A stretch of 63,996 nt of DNA, the filler included, from Sphacelaria rigidula (taxonomy: Eukaryota), in assembly GCA_964200075.2 (NCBI GenBank). It is 4 parts of 4 records of this genome, joined end to end, with 100 filler letters (N's around TTAATTAATTAA, not from the genome) between each part and the next. Parts side by side here need not be neighbours in the genome. Positions count along the whole stretch, not along the records: positions 16,145 to 32,185 come from CAXNAA020001508.1; positions 32,286 to 48,325 come from CAXNAA020001509.1; 2 more parts are not named here. One strand, given 5' to 3'. How positions within the stretch are numbered: the first letter of the stretch is position 1; each line of letters begins with the position of its first letter. Below are positions 24,961-36,053 of the stretch, in pieces. The notes below the pieces were generated by a model, which saw nothing but the letters and a program-made list of their open reading frames with translations, made no database searches and was not told the origin of the DNA. The position numbers and the translations under genes were made by a program.

Positions 24961-27035
24961 CTGCTGCCCCGCACGCTGCGACACCGACGGGGCCTGTGAC
25001 GACGGCTGCTGCGGCTGCTGTTGCGGCTGCTGCTGCCCATACACCCCATACCCCGGTGCCGCCGCATACCCACCGGGGGGAGCGCCGTATGCACCCGCAC
25101 CGGGGGCACTTCCAGCACCGTTAGGAGGAGTCGCGCCATATCCCGCAAGAGTGGTGGAGGTGGGCGCCGCACCGTACGCTGACGGTTGCTGCTGCTGCTG
25201 TTGACCTGGCTGTGCGGCTGACCCTGCGCCGTACGGCGAAGGCGTTACAGATGCTGGGGTCCCATACGGTGAAGGAGCTGCCGCCGGTGTAGATGGGGTT
25301 CCGTACGCTGAAGGGGTCCCCGCAGGTGTCGCCGAAGTCCCATATCCCGGGGTCGTCGGGGTGGTGGAAGACTGTGCCGGGGTGCCGTAGGGACTGGGAG
25401 CCGCCGCAGAGGCGCCGTAAGCCGTCTGGCCCACACCGCCCCCTGGGGTAGCAGGGTTGCCGTAGGCTCCAGCATCCTGCCCCGGTGTCTGGGCCGTCTG
25501 CGCGGTACCATGAGTAGGAGTTGAAGCCGGGGTCGTGCCAGTTGTACCACCAGCCGTCGCGCCATAAATGTCGGTGCGGCCGTACGCGGAGGCAGAGTTG
25601 TCGTACGGGGAGGCAGCGGGGGCCGGGGCGGGAGTACCGGGGGCTGTCACTCCGCTCGATCCTGAGGCCGTCGCTGCGGGGCGACTGCTGTTGCTGCTAC
25701 CCGTGGTGCCGTAGCCGCCAGCAGGAGTGGCGGTTGCGCTGCCGTAGGCGCTCTGCTGCTGGTGCGGCTGCGCGCTACCATATCCACCAGGGTTTGTTGC
25801 TCCCGCCGGCTGCAGTGAGTTGCTGCTAATCCCGCCCCCCCTTTGCTGCTGCTGAGATTGCTGCTGTTGGGAGCCGTTGCTGTTCATGCCACCGGTAGCA
25901 CCACTGCGGGCAGCGCCAGCGGAGGTCGTCGCCACCGCAGATTCTGTTGCCCCGGTGGTGCCAGTCGAACCGGTCCTGGCGTCCACCGTTCCCCCTCCCG
26001 CTCCCGCTGCCGCCGTCGCGGCCGCGGTTGAACCGGGCGCAGCCGTCGGAGCGGCGACGGGAGCGGGAACCGACCACTTATATTGACCTGTCGTCGGATC
26101 GTACACCCATCCACCAGCACTTGCAGTGGTGGTGGTGGTAGTGGCGGCGGCGGCGGCGGAAACCGCTGTCGATGCTGTCGTCTCCGCTGCCGCGGCCGAC
26201 GGTTGCTGCTGTTGTTGCTGCTGCTGTTGCTGAGGAGTCGACGTGCCATACCCCGATTGAGAGGCGGGAGCACCGTAGCCGCTCTGGGTAGCGGGTGTTA
26301 CAGTCCCACTTCCCGGCGCTGCAGCAGCGGGGGTTCCGGCTGCCGCAGACGGCACACCGTATCCCACCTGAGATCCAGCCGTGTAATATCCTTGCTGTTG
26401 AGCAGGTGTACCTGCGCCATTAGCGGCGGCAGGAGTCGCTCCGTATGCGGAGGACGTACCAGATGCGACGGCAGATCCTGTCGTGCCAGCTGCCGGTTGC
26501 TGCTGCGGCTGCCCGGTAGGGTTGACCAACGCAGCGTTGCCACCATAAGCAGGGTTGCCGTATGAATTGGCGTTGTACCCAACATGCTGTTGCTGAGGAG
26601 TAGTTGAAGAACCCGGTCCGGTCGGGGTCGCCGTAGCCCCAGTTGCCGACGGAGCACCGTAAGGGTTGGAAGGATTCACGCCGAGAAGCTGCTGCGGCTG
26701 TTGCTGCTGTTGAGGAGGTTGTCCATAAGGTTGGTGGATCTGTTGTTGCTGTTGTTGGTGAGGAAGCTGCTGGTGCCCGGGTACACCACCGGGCTGCTGG
26801 TGTTGCTGCTGGGGTTGAGACTGGTGAGGGGTGTACGGGGAGGGAGTTTGCTGTTGTGCCCCACCTCTGGAAGATTGTCCATGCTGCGGTTGCTGCTGTG
26901 AGTGCGTAGGAGGGGGGGTAGAGTGAGAAGCACCTCCACTTCCTCGCTTGGAGGGGGTGCCGGGTCCTCCGCCGTAGTTCGAGCCTGTGCTGCTCCGACC
27001 CATTGACCGGGGACCGCCGCGACCCCTCTGCGGTT
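24961..27035 (-). CDS. CCCH/prion-like gene exon 2 (2075 nt; Q, A/T and [S/A/P]YG-rich)
   Basis: Contains the 706-aa ORF; aagcag|AA acceptor is in phase with exon 1; CAG|gtaaaa donor. Confidence 0.9.
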
Positions 27036-28637
27036 CTGCTTATTCCGGGAGGGAGAGCGGCATTCGGTAGAGAGTTGGTTAAACATCTTGATCGCATCAG
27101 ACATTTGTTGTTACACACGCATAATTTTCGATCTGAAAATTGATACATATCCTGGCTGAAAATCGCATGTGACGCAAGGTGAGCAGCAATTTGGGCCTGC
27201 GGCCGATTAAAGTTACCGGAGGAGGAATCAGGATATGACGCTGTCTACCGTGCAATTTTTTTTCATGTAGCTGGACAGACCATTTTTCGCTCAAAAAATA
27301 CAGACGCCCTCCGTGTGCAAGTCGTGTTTTGTCAGCTTTGTTGGAGATGGCTTTGTTCGAAGGAGGGTTTTGTTTGGAGAGGATCCAGAACACTTCCACT
27401 CAAATGGAAACAGTCTCAATACATCATGCAACCACGTCTGACGAGAGACAGCTGGGTTTGTTGCGACTATTGACACTTCTTAGTTTGATCTCGCAGGGAG
27501 AGGCTCTATTTCTCCGAATGTTGTTGAGTTTTCGATCCCGCACATACAGACAGCGATCTGATGTCGAGTCTCACCTCCGGCGCATTTTGGACTGTAAATC
27601 GGTTACTACACTGAAGCTGCTTACCGTGCCGTACACTGGATAAAACCACACCGAGCTACAGGTGTACAGAATCGTGGGAACGACAGATGAGCCCACACCC
27701 AGCGCCCAACGTCAAACCCGCATGCCTCACTGCAGGCCGTGTCCAAGGGTTGCATGTTGCACAGAAAAAAAGGACAACAGGCTCCTGTGTCGAGGCTGTT
27801 GTGGGTGGCAGGTGACAGCCGCCGAATCTTCCCCTCTTTTGAGACATACGTAGTGGCGATATTGAATGTTCATCATGCGTTGAAACACCGTAGCGCGGCG
27901 AGGAGGGGAACGTACAGCCCCTCATGCAGCGTCATCTGCCCTTTGGCTAACTTGAAGAGCATATACCGTCGGCCGACTCTGGCATCATTATTCTGAGATG
28001 TCTCAACAGCTGCTGTACAGCCCGTGACGACGGGGTGTTTGAGGCTCAATTGTCCGTACACAACAGAGGGAGATGTGAGAACAGAGTTGGGATCACTCGC
28101 TTCTTCATTGTCGTCTGTAAAAAAGCCGTCGGCAGGGCAGCGAGGTACGGGATCGGCAGAGGACATCACATACATGAACACCCCCCAAAAAACAGTCGAG
28201 TGATCAAGAGTTGCCCCCCCCCGACTAGTCTCGCCACACCAGTACCACCAGTACCAACCCCATCATCATCGACTCGATGAACATCGAGAGCAGATATCTT
28301 GTGTGATTGGCTCACACCAACACAGATCTCGTCTCCTGTCCCAGGTACTACACAGAGCCAATCAATGATTATCACCACCTGTCCCGATTTGTCCCCAGCC
28401 GATATTCTCGTTGTTCCAAAGAAAGCCCACGGGCCATACGTACCCGCGAGGCAAAACAAAATAACGTATCGACATCAAATGTATGTTGTCGTCCTTTCCG
28501 ATTAATGTGCCCTGATCTTACCCATGGTAGCCTTGCGTGTGCGAAAGCGATTCCTTCGCGCATATCAAGCACACGATTGGCAAAGCGGTGGATAGGTGTT
28601 CTAGAGTTTTTGCGGCCCTTCCATTAATTTTACTCAC

Positions 28638-28833
28638 CACCATACATGCCGCCCCCGCCCCCGCCGCCCCCGCCTCCGCCCATCTCAGGCCGGGCGCGCT
28701 TCATGTCATTAGCACCAGGGCCAGGATAGCCACCACCACCTCCTGCACCACCGCCTCCGGCAGGGCCGTAGTGGGAGCTGTTGTTGTCTAGAGGCCGCTT
28801 GTGGTGCATTCCTCTGTCCCCATTGTAGGCCAT
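28638..28833 (-). CDS. CCCH/prion-like gene exon 1 (start codon; Gly-rich, basic NLS-like patches)
   Basis: MAYNGDRGMHHKRP...MKRARPEMGGG...YG G|gtgagt consensus donor. Confidence 0.85.
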
Positions 28834-30407
28834 GTCTGGTAACTGGACCTCCGGATCTACAGGGTCCCTGAAATCCGCAGAGATGGAAATAAGATTTCCC
28901 CTGTTCGCCTTCGAAGAGAAAAATAAAGACTGTGATTACAGGGGCGCGATGCTGGCTTGTTTTGTGAGAAGGTGGCTTCCAAAAGGGGATCCGTTCCAGT
29001 CTTCTGGTAGATTTCGTTGCTCTGAAACAAACCCGATGTCGTCTGCTCCGTTATGTGGCACAATGAATCGATGTCGTAGTGTCTCTTCGGAGTGCCACGT
29101 CTCAAAACACTACTTATGATCTATAGGTCATAATCTTTCGGGTATGCTTCGGTTCTTGTTCCAGATCGCAAGGGAGTTTCGTTACCTATTCTACTACAGT
29201 ATATACACCTCTTATATGAAATATGTATTTTTGATCATTTCAAAACATCTGACCTATTATTTGGTATATACATATTTTCCTGCGTCGTCTCAACTACTAT
29301 CGATGCACTGCGACCGTCCATATTGATGTCACTTATTGTAACTATGTACTAGTTATGGGTTAGTTGATCGCGAGTCTGAAACAACATACCTATACGCAAG
29401 CAAAAGATATTTCCGTACTGCGATGGCTCCGATCTGGCCTCCCCTTCCTTCGAAGTGCTGCTTGAGGGATTGCCGAGTAGCACACCCGCTGTCGGCCATG
29501 GTTTTGAGCGATATTCTACGCACAGGTACAGCTTTTCACGCAATCTATCATGGTCTTGTGATGAACGTATCGCCATGCGCATGCACTCAATGGTAGTTGC
29601 GGTGCAGCTGTACTTGTGTTCAGTTTCGGGAAGTAGCAACGGAGTTCAACACCCGATCATAAATACGTTCAACAGCCGCATGTTGAGGCGAAAACTGAGG
29701 CGGCCACTTTCGTTCACGAAAATATATACCTTATGAAGTGTCCTCTAGATTTGTTTTTAGAGGGGGAGGGGGGAGGGAGTGTCGGAGATGCAGATGCTTG
29801 CTTGTCAGGACGATCTAGGTTGGACAGCTCATCCACGGACAGGGGGTTAGGGGGTGTTGTACCCCGTCATCTACGATGGACGTTTGGTTCGTTTTCAGGA
29901 GGCGCTGGTGATTGAAAGCTGCAGTAGATGCCAAAGGCAGTGAGGTGCTTCGCTGTATCGAAAATTGGTGGAAGAAGATCTTTGGGCGCTCAAACGGCAG
30001 CAAATGGCTCAATTTCAAGTTTTTGGGACCATGTTGTGAACCTGGTTCGTTCTGCTTTTGGCACGTGACAATGAAGACCCGGACAAACTGAGATCCACAA
30101 TAAATGCATGTGTGGTAAACTCGACACGGTCCGTTCCTCCGGAAAAGTGTATCCTTGCTACTCATCGTAGGCAATAATCTCAGGCTACATGCATGCCGAG
30201 TTGCTACTGGCATCATGAATTTGGGCGATTCACAAAAAGGGGTACGCGAACCCCCCTACTTTGGTCCAAAATGATATATAATGGATCTGGGTCTGGGTAA
30301 GCCTATGCTACCGTCCATGCTAGTGAGCTTATAATAACCCTTTGCGTCCAACGTTCGGAATGTGGATATGATGCCTATTATCTCCCGATCCCAAAAATAA
30401 GGATCAA

Positions 30408-30630
30408 TTGTTGACTGCTGGGATGAGCGGTGACACGCGGGAAAAAAAAAAAGAAAAAAAAAAAGTGCTGACGACGATTTTTTTTTCTAATTGTATTTTC
30501 GAGCTGGGAAGTTTTGTTTTCTTCTTTTTCTTTTNNNNNNNNNNTAAATATTTAACTGCTGGGATGAGAGGTGACAAGAGGAAAAAAAAAAAAAGAAAAA
30601 AAAAAAGTGCTGACGACGATTTTTTTGTCC
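30408..30630. repeat. Direct repeat pair (~80 bp) either side of a small N gap
   Basis: actgctgggatgag.ggtgaca..(A)n gtgctgacgacgattttttt occurs twice. Confidence 0.75.
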
Positions 30631-32185
30631 AATGGTAGTCTCGCGCTGGGAAGGTGCGCCACCCACGGTGCTGTTTGTTCCTCTGGACCACTTCACTCCA
30701 AAAGTAGAAACTGGTGCGAGAATGCATATTTTGATCCCTGCAACGTTTTTCGCGTCAGGAGACGGCCGGGAAAAAATATATAATGCCACCTCAGAATGAC
30801 AATGTACGAGTAGCTCCCGTGGATCCCGGCGCACATTGGCGATTTTGAACCGCGACTTTGTCTCTGCATTTCTGTGATTTGGAAAGGTTTGTACAATTTT
30901 CCGGGTGAAGAGTTGCCCAGAATCACGCTGAGGGCACCAGAATTACTTGAAACTTCGACCGCTAGGGTACGTCAACCGGTTCCTTCATCCATTTTTCAGG
31001 GGGAAATGATGGAATGATCACTACTCAACACATCCTACCCACCCTGGCAATCGAAGGGTCAACTGTGCAGCAATACTCTCTCGGGTAGAGGAGCAAATCA
31101 TTCCAAGGTGGCATTGTCTGCCCGCCCGCCTTTCCACGCCGAAAACGCTGCCTAAGGGTCAATATCTGCACTTTTAACCAGCGTGTATCTTCGATCCAGT
31201 ATATAGTTTGTGTTTGTGTCATCATCCGATCTACTCTGGACACATGTCTACACCTTTCGGTGTATGTGTGGGCGCATCAGCCGAGGTCACACAGGAAGAG
31301 GGTCAACACAGGAGATTTTTTATTATTTTTTGGTCCTTCATTACTTCACCTTCCTTCTGCGGTGCTCGCTCTTCTTTTCATCGCGAGAACGTTTCAGCAG
31401 TCCCCTACTCTCATCCACCGTGAGGTCGAATTTTGTGTACCCACGACAAGGTCGCTCTCCACTGTAGAGTGTGATGTGAGGGGAAATCCCAGATCATGGG
31501 ATTTCACCGAAATTCAAATCCACGTCCCAGCCGTCAAAAGGTTTCGAGGTTTTACCAACCGACGGGGGCAACCGGCGACAATAGTGGCAAGAGCATAAGG
31601 CGTATTCTTTTAGCGTACTTTCGTTCGGCGACAGGCTCCAGCGGCAAACACAATCTAATCGGTGCGGTGCAGTATATTGCTCGTCATATTTACAGAAGCG
31701 GAGACATATGGACAGCACATGGAATTTCTACGGTATGTCGTACAAACGCATACCGACCATCGGGATGATCTTTCAGCACGAAAGTCAGGGGTGGACTGGG
31801 AAGGTGAAACTGAGCACATGTACTCAAACTCGCAGAAAAATGCCTGTGGTCCCGCGGCAGGACCGATCGCTCAGACCCGCAGGCGACCATTTGTCCGTTT
31901 CGATTTCCGTTGTCACGAATGCCCCGTCTGACTTCCGTTTCATTGGTGAAGAAGGCTGTTGTTTTTGAAAACGAAGTCTTAACGCACGCTGAGTATGGAC
32001 AACAAGAGGTACTGACACATAGCACATGGACAATGACGGATAGTAGACAGACAAAAAGGCTACTTTCCCCCCACGTGTAGCAGGGAGGAAGATTGTCCCG
32101 CCCATGCAACACATCGACCAAACACCGGTCGCCCCGGTGGCTCAGTTGATAACCTCGTAATCTTCTGATGGTTGAGTAGGGGGGT

Positions 32186-32285
32186 NNNNNNNNNNNNNNN
32201 NNNNNNNNNNNNNNNNNNNNNNNNNNNNNTTAATTAATTAANNNNNNNNNNNNNNNNNNNNNNNNNNNNNNNNNNNNNNNNNNNN
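32186..32285. other. Artificial contig linker
   Basis: N44-TTAATTAATTAA-N44. Confidence 0.97.
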
Positions 32286-32424
32286 CGTGAGACTGCACGC
32301 GTTGAGCACCGACATTGTGGAAAGAGTGTTGTGTCTATCTAAAAAAACGCCAACGAATGCAATAAAAGGATCGAAAATCAAATCGGACACCTTTAAGGGT
32401 TCGTATAAACATAACGGACTTTAC

Positions 32425-34610
32425 TTATGGGGCAGAGGAAGTATATGCTTCACCACTATATAGTCAAGAGCGGAATGCTCTATCTCGTTGTTGCATTTTC
32501 TAGTCCATGTCCATTGCGCCTCAGGCTTTTGTGCTCTATCGTTCAGCGTCTTCATCTCGTTATGCTCGAAGAACTTCAGCATTTCTACCCCGTTCGTGTC
32601 ATTCTTACCTTCCCCGTATTGCCCAATGATACCATCCGGTTGACCTCCTCTTCCTACCCTTGCATCAAAACCTCCCACTAACATTACTTATCCTTGCCTC
32701 TTATACCTATGTACATCTGCCGCTATCTCTCCAAACCTCCGTTATATATCGTTCACACTACTCTTCGTTTGTGAGGGCATGTAGGTGTTACCTACGAAGA
32801 AGTCCTTCGTTGCCCGCTCTCCTGGTACCCTTAGCCATATGCTCTCGTCGAATTTCGTGTCGTCGATCACTCTAAACTGTCACACAGGTATTACTTGACT
32901 AAGAATCCTACCCCCCCGCGCTCCCCTGCTATTGGACTTCTGTCCCTTCCGCTTCTTCCCTATCCATACGTACTCTTCGACATTGCATCCTATTTTCGCC
33001 CTGTCTGTCTCCCATGACTCTTGTATTCCTACTACATCCAGGTCGTGTTTACTCACTCGTTGCGCTATCTCTTCTCCCTTGCGCTTGTCTGTGACGAACC
33101 CATACACGTTCCACGATCCTATTCTCAGCTTCCTTTCCGAATCATTATCTGCTCTCGTGTTGTCTCCTATTCTCTCTCCGTCGCTTTTGTTTCTACTTTC
33201 CCTTGCTTGGTTGTTCTTCCCGTTTCTGCGTTGGTCTTTGTCTATTTGCTTCGGGTCGCTGTGTCCCCTCCTCTTCCCCTTCCGGGCACTTACCTGTTCC
33301 TGCCTCTCTCCCCCTCCGTTCACCCGTGAACTACATCGTAGGTTTGCTGTTCCATTAGCTATGCATACTCTCCACCCTACTCTTCTACCCTATGCCGGCA
33401 CTTTACTTGTCGCTATCCTTTCCCACCCATTGCTCGCGCCGTTTTTCAGCGTGACTCGGGAGAGTTTTCCCTCCTTTTCTACTTTTCCTGTTGCCGAACA
33501 TTATGGTCAAACTCCATCACATTTCCTTTCAAACTCTATTCTTATCACATCGCTACGAACTCCGAATACCGGCACTACTAGTACTTTACCCGTCCACTCT
33601 TTATTTCTCCATAAGCCCTTCCTTACGGTCTCTCTCTCGACCTCTTTCGCGAGAATCTCCAGCTCGTTCGTTTCAATTGTATTGGTGAGATGTAGTCAGC
33701 GTACCGGGACATCCCAATCCTAGCTCTTGTTCGGGGTCTGGTGCCTTTCGGCTCTTTTGCTGGCGCACCGACACTGAATGATGCCTCCAACACCGGCTCG
33801 TAGCCTGAAGCCAAGTTCAACACCTTTGATACAAGTACCCCACGTTTGTGTCAGGCGATCTTCATGGTAACCATCCAGGCTTCCCACGATCGTATTTTCT
33901 ATCTTCTTGCCCCGTTGCTGTACTGGTTACTTTCTTCCAGGGAGGTCATTTTCACCGTGTAAGATTCAAGGACGGCTTCCATAACACGAGGCTTTACTCA
34001 CATCGGGATGTCCCGTACATAACGTATTTCCACTCCGTGTACGGTTCACCATGGGTCACTACTACACTCATGCTTCCGAGTAGACCTTCGCTGCTGGAAG
34101 CTGGGCCAACCATTCCCCCATACGTTCTACCAGCTTCTATCCTTCAAGATCGCAAGAAGTCTACGTACCGCTTGGTTCCCCTTCTCGTAGGTCATGTGGT
34201 CGGTCATCAGTAAGGTGTTTGTTTAACGAGTGCAGTAGGTCTTGACGTTCATGTCATGCATTGTTCACCCCGTCCCTTCATTGGGCGCCTTTTGCACCTA
34301 ATGTCGAAAATTTCTGGAAATGACTGGCCAGACTTCCCCCGCTCAATGGAAAACGGTTTTACGGGTATCTCACCATCAGACCCCAACCTCCATGTGAATT
34401 TGACATGGAGGAGGGGATGGCCCTACCCTATCCGTACTGGTTGTATATTCTGTAATTTCGACATGCAAGGTGGTCAACCTTCACGCTATTACTTATATGT
34501 CTAGGGTTTGGTTCTACTCTCATATTACGTTTGTTATGATATGGGGGGCAAGAATCTCAGTCGTTCCCCGACTTCATATGGGAAAGTACATCTGTTATTT
34601 TCTCGCTATT
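32425..34610 (-). mobile_element. Decayed LINE copy B: 5' UTR plus endonuclease region
   Basis: Carries the motifs RIGSWNVYGF...DVVGIQESW and GGFDARVG; colinear with the reverse complement of ~58980-61130. Confidence 0.88.
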
Positions 34611-36053
34611 CCGCGTTCATGTTCGGGCTGTGGTATGGTAGGTTAAATAAAAGGAGGGTTAGCTTCTCTACTCCATGTCTATGCCCGGCCTGTATTATGG
34701 TAGGTTATGTAAAAAGGAGGGTTAGCCTCCTTATTTCATGTCTATATCCGGGGGCCATGATCTAGTAGGTTGAAGAAAAAGGAGGGTTAACGTTCTTATT
34801 TCATATCTATGTCCGGGCTGCCTTTTGGTAGCTGATATAAAATGGGGGGCTAGCTTCTTCATTTCATGTCTTTGTCCGGGTTGTATTATGGTAGGATGAA
34901 GAAAAGGGAGGGCCAGCTTCTTTATTTCATGTCTGTGTCCGGGCTGTTTTTGATAGGTGAAAAAAATGAAGGTTAGCTTCCTCATTTCATGTCTATGTCC
35001 GGGCTGTGTTATGGTATGCTAAATATAAAGGAGGGTTAGCTTCCTTACTTCCATGTCTATGTCCGCGCTGTGTTATGGTAGGATAACGAAAAAAGAGGAT
35101 CGGCTTCTTTATTCCATGTCTGTGTCCGGGCTGTGTTATCGTAGGCGAGAGAAAAAGGAGGGTTAGCTTCCTCATTTCATGTCTATGTCCGGGCTGTGTT
35201 ATGGTATGCTAAATATAAAGAAGGGTTAGCTTCCTTACTTCCATGTCTATGTCCGCGCTGTGTTATGGTAGGATAAAGAAAAAAGAGGGTCGGCTTCTTT
35301 ATTCCATGTCTGTGTCCGGGCTGTGTTATCGTAGGCGAGAGAAAAAGGAGGGTTAGCTTCCTCATTTCATGTCTATGTCCGGGCTGTGTTATGGTATGCT
35401 AAATATAAAGGAGGGTTAGCTTCCTCATTTCATATCTATGTCCGGGCTGTTTTATGCTAGATGAAAGAAAAGGATGGTTAGCTCCAATATACCATGTCTA
35501 TGTCCGGGCTGTGTTACGGTAGGTGAAATAAAAGGGGGGGTTGGCCTCTCTATTTCCATAGCTGTGTATGGGCTGGCTTATGGTATGTTGAATAAAAAGC
35601 GGGGTTAGCCTCTTTATTTTCATATCTATGTCCGGGCTGTGTTATGGTAGGTGAAATAAAAAGGAGGATCAGCTTCTTCATTCCATCTCTATGTTCGGGC
35701 TGTGTTATGGTAGGTGAAATAAAAAAGGGGTTAGCTTTTTCATTTCATGTCTTATGTCTGGGCTGTGTTATGGTATGTTAAATAAAAAGGGGGTTAGCCT
35801 CTTCATTTTCATATTTGTGTCCGGGCTGTGTTATGGTAGGTGAAAGAAAAAGGGGGGTTAGGCTTTTCACTTCCATATCTGTATCCGGGCTGTGTTATGG
35901 TGGGTGAAAAAAAAAGGGAGGTAAGCCTCTTCATTTTCATATCTGTGTCCGGGCTGTGTTATCGGATGTGAAAGAAAAGGATGGTTAGCTCGTCTACGCC
36001 GTGTCTATGTCCGGGCTGTGTTATGGTATGTGAGATAAAAAGGGGTGTTAGCC
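34607..36053. repeat. Tandem array of ~63-bp monomers (~23 copies) with a local 190-bp trimer higher-order repeat
   Basis: Unit ttcatgtctatgtccgggctgtgttatggtaggtgaaataaaaaggagggttagcttc; anchors at 34997, 35061, 35124, 35187, 35251, 35314 and 35377. Confidence 0.95.

Noticed and set aside
31000-32000. Retroelement integrase relic
   Set aside because: Only a faint NAYRPSG resemblance to the AYHPQ.NG motif; too degraded to call.
32932-33723. 263-aa plus-strand ORF (likewise 13612-14277)
   Set aside because: These are antisense to purine-rich LINE sequence and have no independent coding signal.
34607-36053. CRISPR-like array
   Set aside because: The whole 63-bp unit repeats with no unique spacers; there are no cas genes and the context is eukaryotic.
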